A DNA stretch of 64,000 nt from Leptonemataceae bacterium (GTDB lineage: Bacteria > Spirochaetota > Leptospiria > Leptospirales > Leptonemataceae): NCBI GenBank assembly GCA_965227295.1, contig OZ245742.1, positions 1,920,001 through 1,984,000 on the forward strand. Reading direction: 5' to 3'. Numbering within the stretch: the stretch's first letter is position 1; every line of letters begins with the position of its first letter. Shown piece by piece: positions 20,152 to 30,375 of the stretch. Below the pieces are notes generated by a model. It ran no database searches. It was not told the DNA's origin and saw only the letters and a list, made by a program, of their open reading frames with translations. Position numbers and translations under genes: made by a program.

Positions 20152-21726
20152 CTACAAACACAGCTCGTCGGTTTCGAAGGCGCCGATGGAAACGGGTGCC
20201 GTGCGTGCGTTGCCGTTGCGATCCACCGTTACCGATGCAGACAGATCCACGCCGCCCTGGGTCAGCGTGCACGGCGACGTCGTCGTATAAGCGTAGGTCG
20301 TCGCATCCAGGACCGGCGCGTCCGCAAGCGTGCCGCAGCCGCCGAGGGTGAGCGGGCCGCCGCACGACGAGTTGACCATGGTCATGGTCAGCGAGGTGAT
20401 GTTTACGGCCCCCTGGTCGGCGTACGGATTGGTCGAACAGCCCGTAAGATTGTTGTTACCGAATGCGACGGGCGTGGACGAAGCATTCGATTCGAAGACG
20501 CAGTAGTTCGTCGTCCCGCCGTTGCTCACGATGAGGTTGTTGTTCATGGAGATCGTGAGCGTGCCGCCCAGCTCTATGACGCGCGTGATGCCCGTCGATG
20601 TTCCACCGGCGATGATCGTGTTGTGTTCGAGACTCGCGTTGCTCCCGGTAATCTGCACGCCGATGGAGCGCCCGGCGCCGGTCATCTCTCCGGCGATGAC
20701 GACGTTGTTCGTCATCGTATCGAGGCGGTTCCCGCCGCCGACGATGGCCACGCCGATCGTCGGCGAACTTCCATTGGATGCGCCGGCCTCGATGCGGTTC
20801 CTCGTGACGACGTTGTTCGTGCCCGTCGCCGTAACCGAAAGCGCCGTCGGCGCGAAGGCTCCGCCGCCGGTGTACGCGCCGGCCCGGATGTCGTTGTTGC
20901 GAATCGTAACGTTATCCGAAGAACCACTGAGATCGAGGCTTAGCGGACTCGTCGTTGCGGACGCCGGTGTTTCCAGGCGCAGCCCGTCGATGACGATGTC
21001 GGTCATGGAGGTGATCGTGAGTACAGTGATGCCCACGGTCGACGCGAGGATGCGCGACGTGTAAGTGTTGTTCGGATCGCGAAGCTGAAAATCCGTGGAG
21101 TAACCCCCGAAGAGCGAAACGCGCGACGCCGGAGTAATGGCGGCGGTGGTGTTGTAATCACCGGCAGCGACGTTTACGGCGCAGTACGTTCCGGCCGAAG
21201 CGCACGACGCTGTGACCGTGGTTATGGAGTTTGCGATCGTAAGTTTCGGCGCATCGCGCGTGCCGGCGTTTGCGTCGTCGCCGTCCGTGCGCACATAGGC
21301 AACGGCGTCGGCCACGAAGTAACTGTAGTTGATGTCGGCGGCGGCCAGGTTCAGGTTCGCGCTGCGGCACCCCGAGAGCGAAAGCGTGCGTGCGTCACCG
21401 GTAGTCCAGTTGGTCGCGGGCGTGAGGGTGACGACGGTGTCGTTGTTCGAGTACGATAAGCTTGCGTTGCCGAGCGTTCCGCCCGCGCTGCATGCGGACG
21501 GATCGAGTTTCGTATCGAACGTAAACGTCAGTGTGTCGTGGCGTTGGATGGCCGACGTGTTCGGTGCCGAGGTCGCAATCAGCAGCGGCGTTTGCGCGGG
21601 AACGAGATACAACAGATAGCCCAGCGCCGGATTGCATTCCGCGTCGGAAGCGAGGCAATCGGCGCTGTCGCAATGGGCAAGCCCGAGCAACAGCAAGGCG
21701 ACGGCGAAAGAACCGCGGGAACGCAC
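20152..21726 (-). CDS. Large Thr/Ser-rich surface lipoprotein with Ig-like and beta-helix-like regions
   Basis: LLLLGLAHC lipobox; YVRTDGDDANAGTRDAPKLTI motif; repeated (I/V)xNNxI units. Start uncertain. Confidence 0.75.
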   Translation of the reverse strand: MRSRGSFAVALLLLGLAHCDSADCLASDAECNPALGYLLYLVPAQTPLLIATSAPNTSAIQRHDTLTFTFDTKLDPSACSAGGTLGNASLSYSNNDTVVTLTPATNWTTGDARTLSLSGCRSANLNLAAADINYSYFVADAVAYVRTDGDDANAGTRDAPKLTIANSITTVTASCASAGTYCAVNVAAGDYNTTAAITPASRVSLFGGYSTDFQLRDPNNTYTSRILASTVGITVLTITSMTDIVIDGLRLETPASATTSPLSLDLSGSSDNVTIRNNDIRAGAYTGGGAFAPTALSVTATGTNNVVTRNRIEAGASNGSSPTIGVAIVGGGNRLDTMTNNVVIAGEMTGAGRSIGVQITGSNASLEHNTIIAGGTSTGITRVIELGGTLTISMNNNLIVSNGGTTNYCVFESNASSTPVAFGNNNLTGCSTNPYADQGAVNITSLTMTMVNSSCGGPLTLGGCGTLADAPVLDATTYAYTTTSPCTLTQGGVDLSASVTVDRNGNARTAPVSIGAFETDELCL

Positions 21727-21802
21727 GGGGCAAAAGTACCGTGAGCTGTTCGATGCATCAAGCGAAATACGGCCGCGGAGAACCTCTTGCCGCGTCATCC
21801 CA

Positions 21803-22882
21803 TCACTCCAACCGCCGCACCAACTCCGCCAGCTCCGGCGCCGGTGCTTCGCCGCGGCGCTTAAAGATCTTCTCACAATCACTTAAGAACCGCGCACTGT
21901 CGTAGCGATTCTCGGGGCCCCAGGCCAGCGGCGGCACGTACTTCTCCGGATGCCCGCCGAAGACGTTGGCGCCGGCGTCGATGACCGTGCCGGTGTTCAG
22001 CATGGTACCGATGGCCGTCTTCACGCAATCGCCGACGAGCGAACCGAACTTAATGCGCCCGGTGTTTACGAGCACGTTGCCTTCGACGCGCAGGCGAATC
22101 TCGCCGTAGTTGTTTTTCAGATCGCTGGTGGTCGTGAGCGCGCCCAGGTTCACCCAGCGGCCGAGGATGCTGTGGCCCACGAAACCCTCGTGGTGTTTGT
22201 TACTGAAACGATCGAAGATGGAGTTTTCGATCTCGCCGCCCGCGCGCACATGCCGGCCGAGCACGCAGCCGCCGGTGAGGCGCAGGTTATCCAGGCGCGC
22301 GTCGGGCCCGACGTAGGCCGGACCTTCGATGTAACAGAACGGCGAGACCTGCACGTTGCGGTCGAGGATGATCGGTCCGCCCCGCGTATCGAAGACCGAG
22401 CCCGGCAGCACTTCCGCATCCGAGTGCACGTGTAGATCTTTTGCATCGCCGATGATCTCGATGCCGCGCAATTCCTTTGCGTTCTTGAGTTGCGTTGTTT
22501 CGTCGTTAAGCCAGGCCTTCAGATCCGTTTCCAGTCGCTCGGGAATACGATCGAGCAAGTCCAGCAACGGCACGTACTCCGAGGTCACGATGCGATCAAA
22601 GCCGTCGACGGAGTCGTCGCGGGTGATTTCGTGCGGCGCGCGTTCCGGTTTGCGGCCCAGGGCCCGGCAGGAACGCACACCTTCGATGGAAGACACCAGG
22701 CGTTCGTAGTCGGCGTCGGCGTGGTAGTAGTAGAGCTGCGCGCCGGGTTCTTCAAAACGGCGCAGGCGTTCGAGGGTCGTGTAGATGCCGTCGCAGAGCG
22801 AGAAGATGGAACGGAAGCGTGTGAACGGCCGCGCCTCGGGGCGGTCGTCGTCGATCAGCAGAATTTTCGCGGGCTCCGTCAC
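21803..22882 (-). CDS. Stand-alone GlmU-related left-handed beta-helix (hexapeptide) protein
   Basis: GPIILD, IEGPAYVG, GGEIENS, NKHHEGFVGHSILGRWVNLGA and SDLKNNYG motifs; directly downstream of glmS. Confidence 0.8.
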   Translation of the reverse strand: MTEPAKILLIDDDRPEARPFTRFRSIFSLCDGIYTTLERLRRFEEPGAQLYYYHADADYERLVSSIEGVRSCRALGRKPERAPHEITRDDSVDGFDRIVTSEYVPLLDLLDRIPERLETDLKAWLNDETTQLKNAKELRGIEIIGDAKDLHVHSDAEVLPGSVFDTRGGPIILDRNVQVSPFCYIEGPAYVGPDARLDNLRLTGGCVLGRHVRAGGEIENSIFDRFSNKHHEGFVGHSILGRWVNLGALTTTSDLKNNYGEIRLRVEGNVLVNTGRIKFGSLVGDCVKTAIGTMLNTGTVIDAGANVFGGHPEKYVPPLAWGPENRYDSARFLSDCEKIFKRRGEAPAPELAELVRRLE

Positions 22883-22933
22883 GGACGGACAGTGTGACTA
22901 CAGCCCGCCGGATTCGGAAACCGATTTTTTAAC

Positions 22934-24769
22934 TTACTCCACCGTCACCGACTTTGCCAGGTTTCGCGGCTGATCCGGCTCACAACCGCGTTCCACGGCG
23001 ACATAGTACGCGAGCAGTTGCAGCGGCAGAACCGCGAGCAGCGGGGAAAGAAGTTCCGGACAGTCCGGAATCGCGAAGCTGTAGTCCGACATGGACGGGA
23101 CCAACTCGTCGCCTTCCGTGTGGATGGAGATGATCTTACCTTTGCGGGCGCGTACTTCTTCGATGTTCGAAACCATCTTCTCGTAGATGTCGCCCTTCGG
23201 AGCAATGCAGACCACCGGCACCTCATCGGTGATGAGGGCGATGGGGCCGTGCTTGAATTCGCCGCCGGCATAACCCGAGGCGTGAATGTACGAAATCTCT
23301 TTGAGCTTGAGTGCGCCTTCGAGAGCCGTGGGATGATTCCAGGAGCGGCCCAGAAAAACGAAGTCCTTCGTTTCGCGGAAGTCCTTCGCCCATTCCTTGA
23401 TGACGTCCGCGCGTTCCAGAATGGCGTCCATGTGGTCCGGCAGGCGCCGAATGTGTTCGAAGAGTTCCTGACGTTCCTCTTTGCCGACGAGCCACTTAAT
23501 GCCGCCGAGAAAAACCGAGTACAACAGAAGATGCAACAACTGCGCGGTATAGGCCTTCGTGGAGGCCACACCGATTTCCGGGCCGGCCATGAGATCGATG
23601 TAGGCGTCCGACTCGCGGGCGATGGTGGAGTTGACGTTGTTCACGAACGAGAGCACGCGCAGGAACTTCGCCTTGGCTTCGTAGATGCCGGCGATGGTGT
23701 CCGCGGTTTCGCCGGACTGGGAGATGGCGATGACCTTCGTGTCTCCCTCGGCCACGGGGTTGCGGTAGCGAAACTCGGAAGATAGATCCACCTCGGTGGA
23801 GACCTTGGTCAAACGTTCGAGGTACATCTTACCGACCATGCCGGCGTGCCAGGAGGTCCCCGCGCTTACGATCATGAGGCGCGAGAGCCGCACCAGGGAT
23901 TCGTTGGAGCCGGCCTTTTCGGGAAACAATACTTTGCCGTTCTCGCCGATGCGCTCCTGGATGATGCGCCGGAACATGCCGGGTTGCTCCATGATCTCTT
24001 TGAGCATGAAGTGATCAAAGCCGCCCTTGTCCAGGTCGCTCACTTTGATTTCGATCTTCTTGAGTTCGTAGGGGACCTCGTTGCTCCCGTCACCATTGTA
24101 CACGTGCAGTTTGTCTTTGGTGATCCAGCCCCACTGGCCGTTTTCGAAGATGTAGTGTTCGTAGGCCAGGGGCACGACCGCGGGAACGTCGGAGGCCAGG
24201 AACGCCTCGCCGCGGCCCTGGCCGTAAATCAGCGGGGAACCGTCCCGGGCGAAGAAGATGCGATCGGGCGTTTCGTCGTAGATCAGCACGAAGGCGTAGC
24301 GGCCTTCCAGGCGACGGACGGTGGCGTGCACGGCCTCTTCGATGGACTTTCCTTTCTTAATATAGTCTTCGACCAGGTGCGGGATGATTTCGGTGTCCGT
24401 GTCCGAATGGAAGACGTGGCCTTCGCGAATGAGTTCGTGGCGGAGTTCGTAATGATTCTCGATGATGCCGTTATGCGCCACGGCGATGTGCTTGTTTTCG
24501 TCGGTGTGCGGGTGGGCGTTGGTTCGATTGGGCTCGCCGTGAGTGGCCCAGCGCGTGTGACCGATGCCCATGCGGCCTTCCACGGGGTGGTCGTGGAGCA
24601 GGGCCTCCAGGTCTTTGATTTTGCCTTTCTCTTTACGAACGTGGATTTCGCCTTTGTCGAGGATGGCGACGCCGGCCGAATCGTAACCACGGTATTCCAG
24701 GCGCGTCAAACCTACCAGCAGGACCGAGTCCACGGACTTCGGGCCGATATAACCGACGATACCACACAT
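22934..24769 (-). CDS. glmS: Glutamine--fructose-6-phosphate aminotransferase
   Basis: MCGIVG, RGYDSAG, GHTRWATHG, SQSGETADT and PRNLAKSVTVE motifs. Confidence 0.98.
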   Translation of the reverse strand: MCGIVGYIGPKSVDSVLLVGLTRLEYRGYDSAGVAILDKGEIHVRKEKGKIKDLEALLHDHPVEGRMGIGHTRWATHGEPNRTNAHPHTDENKHIAVAHNGIIENHYELRHELIREGHVFHSDTDTEIIPHLVEDYIKKGKSIEEAVHATVRRLEGRYAFVLIYDETPDRIFFARDGSPLIYGQGRGEAFLASDVPAVVPLAYEHYIFENGQWGWITKDKLHVYNGDGSNEVPYELKKIEIKVSDLDKGGFDHFMLKEIMEQPGMFRRIIQERIGENGKVLFPEKAGSNESLVRLSRLMIVSAGTSWHAGMVGKMYLERLTKVSTEVDLSSEFRYRNPVAEGDTKVIAISQSGETADTIAGIYEAKAKFLRVLSFVNNVNSTIARESDAYIDLMAGPEIGVASTKAYTAQLLHLLLYSVFLGGIKWLVGKEERQELFEHIRRLPDHMDAILERADVIKEWAKDFRETKDFVFLGRSWNHPTALEGALKLKEISYIHASGYAGGEFKHGPIALITDEVPVVCIAPKGDIYEKMVSNIEEVRARKGKIISIHTEGDELVPSMSDYSFAIPDCPELLSPLLAVLPLQLLAYYVAVERGCEPDQPRNLAKSVTVE

Positions 24770-24944
24770 AATCGGCCAAGGATTTAGAAGCGGGACCCCG
24801 GATCAAGGACGAAAGACATCACAATTTCCCTCTACAGATGTAAGTGTGGCGGAAGGGATACACACCTGCTTTGAGAAAAATCAACGGCCTCGCAAAGAAA
24901 GTTCCTTCTATATAAAAGCCGCCGTGAAATCACGGGAAAACACT

Positions 24945-26027
24945 ATGACGCGTATAGTCGCCACCGCGACCGGCCTGCCGGCGAACTACTACAGCCAGGA
25001 CGATCTTATCGCCGCCTTTCGGAGTATCTGGGCCGGGCGGCACTACAACCTGGACCGCCTGGAGCAATTCCACCGCAACGTCCTCGTCGGAGGCCGGCAC
25101 CTGGCGCTGACCATTGACGAATACCAGGCCCTGAAGGGCTTCGGAGATTCCAACGACGCCTGGACCCGCGTGGCCCTGCAGCTCGCCGAAGAAACCGTAA
25201 GCGCCCTCCTGGAAAAAGCGCGGCTTCCGGCCAGGGGCGTCCACCAGATCGTCTTCACGACCGTGACCGGTCTGGCTGTGCCCTCGATCGAAGCGCGGCT
25301 CATGAACCGTCTGGATTTCGACACTGCCACCAAGCGCGTGCCGCTCTTCGGCCTGGGTTGCCTGGCCGGCGCCGCGGGCCTCGCTCGATTGTACGATTAC
25401 CTGCACGGCCATCCGGACGAGGCGGGCATTCTGCTTTCGGTGGAACTGTGTTCATTGACGTTGCAGCGCGAAGACCTGTCGATTCCGAACATCATCTCGA
25501 GCGGTCTCTTCGGCGACGGCGCCGCCGCGGTGTTGATGGCCGGCGCGAACCATCCGCTCTCCAACGCCGGCGGCGACTTTCTGGAACATCCGCGGCCGAA
25601 GGTCCTCGGCTCCAGGTCGATCTTCTTTCCCGACTCGGAGCGGGTGATGGGCTGGGACATCGTCGACAGCGGATTCAAAGTCGTGCTGTCGTCGGACGTG
25701 GCGCCGTTCACGCGGACGCACTTGCGGCCGGGCGTGGACGCGTTCTTAAGTGAGTATGATCTTACCTTAAAGGACATGGGCGTGTTTGTCGCCCATCCCG
25801 GCGGACCGAAAGTCATTGAAGCCATGGCCGAGGCCCTCGAGATCGACGTGAGCGAGCTGCAACTCTCATTGGACAGCCTGGCGCAGGTCGGCAATCTTTC
25901 GTCGGCGTCGGTGCTCTTCGTCCTTCAGGAAACGCTCAAACAAAAACGGCCCGCGCCGGGAACCTACGGTTTGCTGATGGCCATGGGCCCGGCCTTCTCG
26001 GCGGAGGCCGTGTTGTTGCAGTGGTGA
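24945..26027 (+). CDS. Type III polyketide synthase (chalcone synthase family)
   Basis: Catalytic Cys-His-Asn triad in GLGCLAG, AHPGG and GNLSS; also LFGDGAAA and MGPAF. Confidence 0.93.
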   Translation: MTRIVATATGLPANYYSQDDLIAAFRSIWAGRHYNLDRLEQFHRNVLVGGRHLALTIDEYQALKGFGDSNDAWTRVALQLAEETVSALLEKARLPARGVHQIVFTTVTGLAVPSIEARLMNRLDFDTATKRVPLFGLGCLAGAAGLARLYDYLHGHPDEAGILLSVELCSLTLQREDLSIPNIISSGLFGDGAAAVLMAGANHPLSNAGGDFLEHPRPKVLGSRSIFFPDSERVMGWDIVDSGFKVVLSSDVAPFTRTHLRPGVDAFLSEYDLTLKDMGVFVAHPGGPKVIEAMAEALEIDVSELQLSLDSLAQVGNLSSASVLFVLQETLKQKRPAPGTYGLLMAMGPAFSAEAVLLQW

Positions 26028-26635
26028 TTCCCATGCCGGATATCATCTTACATATTACACCAACGAAAGTCGCCTTTCTCGTTTTCGTCCTGCTGCTCGC
26101 CGTGCAGCGCATTTTTGAGTTGCGACTCAGCAAACGTAACGAGGCCGCCATGCTGGCCCGGGGCGGCCGGGAGCATGCGCCCGGGCATTTCCGATTTATG
26201 AAGGTCGTGCACACGCTCTGGTTCGTGGCCATGATCGTGGAAGTCCTGTTGTCGCCGTACGCCTGGTTTGTCTCGCTCATTGCCGGGCCGGCCTTCGTTT
26301 TCTTTTTGCTCGGCCAGTATCTGCGCTACGCGGCGATTCGTACGTTGGGCGCGCGCTGGTCGGTGAAGATCCTCACGGTGCCGGGGGAACAATCCGTGGC
26401 GCGGGGCATCTATCAGTACATTCGCCACCCGAACTACCTGGGCGTGATCCTGGAAATCGTTGCGGTGCCGCTCTTGCACGGCGCCTGGATCACGGCGTTA
26501 GTGTTTTCGATTTTGAACGGGATCGTGTTGTGGATTCGCATTCGTGCGGAGGAGCAGGCGTTGGTGGAAGTGAACGAGTACGCTGCGAACTTTGCCGGGC
26601 GGCCGAGATTTGTTCCGGGGCTGTCCTCGGAGTGA
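26021..26635 (+). CDS. Isoprenylcysteine carboxyl methyltransferase family membrane methyltransferase
   Basis: QRIFELRLSKRN, GIYQYIRHPNY and RIRAEE motifs; overlaps the PKS stop. Confidence 0.9.
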   Translation: MVIPMPDIILHITPTKVAFLVFVLLLAVQRIFELRLSKRNEAAMLARGGREHAPGHFRFMKVVHTLWFVAMIVEVLLSPYAWFVSLIAGPAFVFFLLGQYLRYAAIRTLGARWSVKILTVPGEQSVARGIYQYIRHPNYLGVILEIVAVPLLHGAWITALVFSILNGIVLWIRIRAEEQALVEVNEYAANFAGRPRFVPGLSSE

Positions 26636-26642
26636 AAAAATC

Positions 26643-26894
26643 ATGAACGATACTGAAATCGAAAACGCCGTCGCCGCTGTCCTCCGCGATCAGTGCAACG
26701 TGACGAAGGACATTACCTCGCAGTCGCGACTGGCGGAGGACCTGGGCCTGGACTCCGTGGGCATGTTGACCATGGCCGTAGAAGTGGAAAATTATTTCCA
26801 GACCGTGCTCGGTGAGGCGCCGGAAAAGCCGCCACGGACGGTGGCGGACGTCGTGGCCTTGCTGCGTGAACGACTCTCGGAGCAGGGACGCTAA
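26643..26894 (+). CDS. Acyl carrier protein
   Basis: DLGLDSVG phosphopantetheine motif; 83 aa, acidic. Confidence 0.9.
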   Translation: MNDTEIENAVAAVLRDQCNVTKDITSQSRLAEDLGLDSVGMLTMAVEVENYFQTVLGEAPEKPPRTVADVVALLRERLSEQGR

Positions 26895-26899
26895 TATTC

Positions 26900-28594
26900 A
26901 TGGAAAACACATTAACGCAGGCTCTGGTGAACGCGGCGCGGACCGGCGACGGGGTGCGCTTCTTTTCCCGGAGCGGCAATGTAGAGGTCTTCCCGTACTC
27001 TCGATTGCGTGAAGACGCCGCTCGCGCCGCCGGTCACCTGCGCGCCGCCGGCGTCAGGCCCGGCGATACGGTGGCCTTGATTCTCTCTACATCCTACGAA
27101 TTGGTGACGGCCATCTTCGGTGTCCTGTTCGCCCGGGCCGTGCCGACGTGCCTCGCCACGCCGCGTTTGGGTCGCATGAACGACTACGCCGAAGCGACGA
27201 CCGCGATGCTGAATGCGGCCCGGGCCAGGCTGCTGGTTACGGACGCGAGCGCAACGAAGTCCATCGCCCCCATTGCCGCGAACGCGGAACTGCGGCCCGC
27301 CGTAATGACTCCGGACGCCTTAATGCAAGATGGTACGCAATTAGAGGAAGACGTCTCCCCCGACGACCTGGCGTTGATTCAGTTCTCCAGCGGCACGACG
27401 GTGGCGCCGAAGCCGGTGGGGCTGAGTCACGGCAACATCACGGCGAACGCCCGGGCTATCCTCAGTACGTTTCCGGGGAATATTAGCGATCATAGCGGTT
27501 GCTCCTGGCTGCCGTTGCACCACGACATGGGGCTCATCGGCGGCCTGTTTACGGCGGTCCTGGCACCCGGCAACATGACGTTTCTGCGGCCGGAAGACTT
27601 CATCGCCCGGCCGGCGACCTGGCTGCGCGCGCTGAGCGAGTCGAAGGCGACAATCTGTCCGGCGCCGAACTTCGCGCTGCAAATCTGCACGGATCGCATC
27701 AAGGACGAAGAGATTGCGGAGCTGGACCTGTCGCACTGGGAGATTGCGTTGATCGGGGCCGAGACCGTGCGTGAACACACCCTGCGTCGTTTCGCGGATC
27801 GTTTCGCACCGGCGGGCTTTCGCTACGAGAGTTTCACGCCGGTCTACGGTCTGGCCGAAGCAACACTCGCGGTAACTTTTAGTGACCCAGGGTTAGCGCC
27901 GAAGTCCGTGCGGTTGCGGCGTGCGGACCTGGGTGAGGGGCGGGTGAGCGCGTTGAACGGTTCCGCGGCCGTGGAGGATACCCCGGACGCCGTTTCCGTC
28001 ATGAGCGTGGGCCGGCCCCTGGACGGCATGGAGCTGCAGATCCGGAATGCGGAAGGCGGCGTCCTTCCGGAGGATCGGGTGGGGCGCATCTTCGTACGCG
28101 GGGCTTCGGTGATGCAGGGCTACTTCGGCCGCGCGGAAGACACGGCGGCGGCCGTGCAGGACGACGGCTTTCTGGATACCGGTGATCTGGGTTTCTTGCA
28201 CGACGGCGAACTCTACATTTACGGCCGGGAAAAAGACATCATCATTCTCAACGGACGCAATCACGATCCGCAGACGATTGAGTTCGCTCTGGATCGTGTC
28301 GCCGGTTTGCAGCACGAACGCGCGGCGGCCGTGCCCATCGAAGATGCCGGGCGCGGAACAGAGGGCTTCGCGGTTATCGTCGAAAAAGAGAAGGGCAAGG
28401 GCGTGGACCCGGAGGACCTGGCCGTGCAGGCGCGGGAAGCCGTGATCGGCGCCACGGGGCTCATTCCCGACCGGGTCGTGGTGCTGGAGATCGGTCGCCT
28501 GCCGCGGACCACGAGCGGTAAGATCAAACGCGGGACCGCGCGCGAACTTTTGCTGAGTGACGGTCTGGAGATCTTAGCGCTTAGCGAGCGGTGA
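26900..28594 (+). CDS. Fatty acyl-AMP ligase (FAAL)
   Basis: QFSSGTT, SWLPLHHDMGLIG, YGLAEATL, TGDLG and RTTSGKI motifs. Confidence 0.9.
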   Translation: MENTLTQALVNAARTGDGVRFFSRSGNVEVFPYSRLREDAARAAGHLRAAGVRPGDTVALILSTSYELVTAIFGVLFARAVPTCLATPRLGRMNDYAEATTAMLNAARARLLVTDASATKSIAPIAANAELRPAVMTPDALMQDGTQLEEDVSPDDLALIQFSSGTTVAPKPVGLSHGNITANARAILSTFPGNISDHSGCSWLPLHHDMGLIGGLFTAVLAPGNMTFLRPEDFIARPATWLRALSESKATICPAPNFALQICTDRIKDEEIAELDLSHWEIALIGAETVREHTLRRFADRFAPAGFRYESFTPVYGLAEATLAVTFSDPGLAPKSVRLRRADLGEGRVSALNGSAAVEDTPDAVSVMSVGRPLDGMELQIRNAEGGVLPEDRVGRIFVRGASVMQGYFGRAEDTAAAVQDDGFLDTGDLGFLHDGELYIYGREKDIIILNGRNHDPQTIEFALDRVAGLQHERAAAVPIEDAGRGTEGFAVIVEKEKGKGVDPEDLAVQAREAVIGATGLIPDRVVVLEIGRLPRTTSGKIKRGTARELLLSDGLEILALSER

Positions 28595-28598
28595 GAGC

Positions 28599-29840
28599 GT
28601 GACCGCGGAGTACGACATCGTCATTGTGGGCGGCGGCCCCGCCGGACTCGCCGCGGCGATCGTTTCCGGACGCAACGGGCTGCGCACGTTAGTTGTAGAT
28701 CGCAAGAAGTTACCAAACGAACATAAAGTCTGCGGGGAAGGTTTGATGCCCTCGGGACTCGCGGTGCTGGAAAACCTGGGCGTACTCAAACATCTCGGTA
28801 CGGCGGATTCCCGGGAATTCCGCGGCATTCGTTATACGATGGACGGTGCTCCCGGGAGCGTCGTGGCGGCGGAGTTTGCGGAAGGCCCCGGCCGCGGCAT
28901 TGCCCGGCGGAACCTGGCGCGGGCCATGCTCGCGCGTCTGGCGAACTTTGAGTGCGTGGACGTGACCGGAGAAAGGCGCTGCGTGGCGCTGGAAAAAAGC
29001 GACGGCGGAATGCGACTGGTCCTGGCGGATCTTAGCGGGCGACGGACCGGCATCGCGGCGCGTCTGGTGCTGGGTGCGGACGGACTGAGTTCTACTGTGC
29101 GTAAGTTAGCGGGTCTGGATCGTACCGGCGCGCGATCCGCAGGCAAACGACCACGTTGGGGCGCACGCTGGCACTTCCCGGTGACGCCCTGGACGGAAGG
29201 ATTGGTGGACGTGCATTTTGCCGCGTCCCATGCGGGCGGCAGCATGGAAGCCTATGTAACGCCCGTCGGCCCGAACGAAACCGGCGTCGCCTTTTTGTGG
29301 GATCGTGAACGTTTGTCGGCAGCCCGCGGCGCCGCCCTTCATGAGACGTTACTTGCGGAGTTCCCGGAAATTCAGGCCCGCATTGCGAACGCAGAGCCGT
29401 TGCCGGACGGCGGCGCGGTGGGCCCGCTGCGTCGTCGCGCGACGGCTCAAACGGCGGACGGTGTCGTGCTGATGGGCGACGCTGCCGGTTACCTCGACGC
29501 CATGACCGGGGAGGGCCTGTCGCTTGCGTTTGAGCAGGCCCTGGCGTTCGAGGAGTGCGTGATTCCGGCGCTAAGTTGCGATAAACACAAGCTTGTATCG
29601 AGTCAGGCGCTCCGCGGTTATCAGCGTCGCTATCGCGGCATTGTGCGCAGCTATTATCTTACGACGAACCTCGTGTTGTGGTTGTCCCGGCATCCGCGAT
29701 TGTTCGCCCGGGTGTTGCGCGGACTCGCGCATCGCCCCGCGGTGTTTCAGCACATGCTCTCGGTGAATATGGGTACGCGATCCGTGCTGGCGTTGCCCGT
29801 GGCTGAGTTGCCGGGATTTGCCTGGGGTACGGTGCGCTGA
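28599..29840 (+). CDS. FAD-dependent oxidoreductase/monooxygenase
   Basis: IVGGGPAG, KVCGEG, GADG and GDAAGYLDAMTGEG motifs. Confidence 0.88.
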   Translation: MTAEYDIVIVGGGPAGLAAAIVSGRNGLRTLVVDRKKLPNEHKVCGEGLMPSGLAVLENLGVLKHLGTADSREFRGIRYTMDGAPGSVVAAEFAEGPGRGIARRNLARAMLARLANFECVDVTGERRCVALEKSDGGMRLVLADLSGRRTGIAARLVLGADGLSSTVRKLAGLDRTGARSAGKRPRWGARWHFPVTPWTEGLVDVHFAASHAGGSMEAYVTPVGPNETGVAFLWDRERLSAARGAALHETLLAEFPEIQARIANAEPLPDGGAVGPLRRRATAQTADGVVLMGDAAGYLDAMTGEGLSLAFEQALAFEECVIPALSCDKHKLVSSQALRGYQRRYRGIVRSYYLTTNLVLWLSRHPRLFARVLRGLAHRPAVFQHMLSVNMGTRSVLALPVAELPGFAWGTVR

Positions 29841-29855
29841 GCCGCCGTGATTTCG

Positions 29856-30375
29856 CTCCGTTCGTCGGCTGGAATCAGCCGTACCCAAAAATCCTTAATA
29901 TACACTGGCCTTCACTTACTTCACGATCCGGAGCGTGTGCGAACTACCCGGGCGTTTCCGGTAGTTCAAGAGTTGCGGTTCACGGCGTTTGCCGGGATGA
30001 ACATGAAGTAAGTTGCAGTATAGTGAAGGGGATCTTTTGGCTACGGCTGAGCGGGAGTTGTGGATTTTCGTTTTGTTAAGACTGTCCGTCTCGACCCGGA
30101 CGCGGATTTGCGGTTCAGCTACCGTAACGTCTCTTGCGACGCCGCCGCCGGGGAATTATGCTTTCCGCCGATGCGGAAAGCCGGCGGTTCAGAACTCTCG
30201 CTGAAGCGAGAATTCTGCCGGTCCGCCTTACCACGTCCCCCGGCCCAACCTCCGTTCGTCAGCTGGAACCAGTTGTACCCATGAAAGGCTTAATTTAAAC
30301 TCACCGCCACTTACCTTGCGGTTCGGGGCGTGTCTGAACGTTCAGCGAGTTTTCGGTGGTTCAAGAGCTGCGGTT
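29856..30375 (+). repeat. Array 2 of the 330-bp structured repeat family (about 1.3 units, 394-bp period including module Y)
   Basis: cggctggaatcag at 29866 and cagctggaaccag at 30260; ggctacggctgagcgggagttgtgga at 30039. Confidence 0.93.

Noticed and set aside
24770-24944. glmS ribozyme upstream of glmS
   Set aside because: The short divergent intergenic region shows no recognisable ribozyme core.
29856-30375. Integron attC sites or cassette array
   Set aside because: Units are far longer than attC sites, lack a clear RYYYAAC...GTTRRRY frame, do not separate single-gene cassettes, and no integrase is present.
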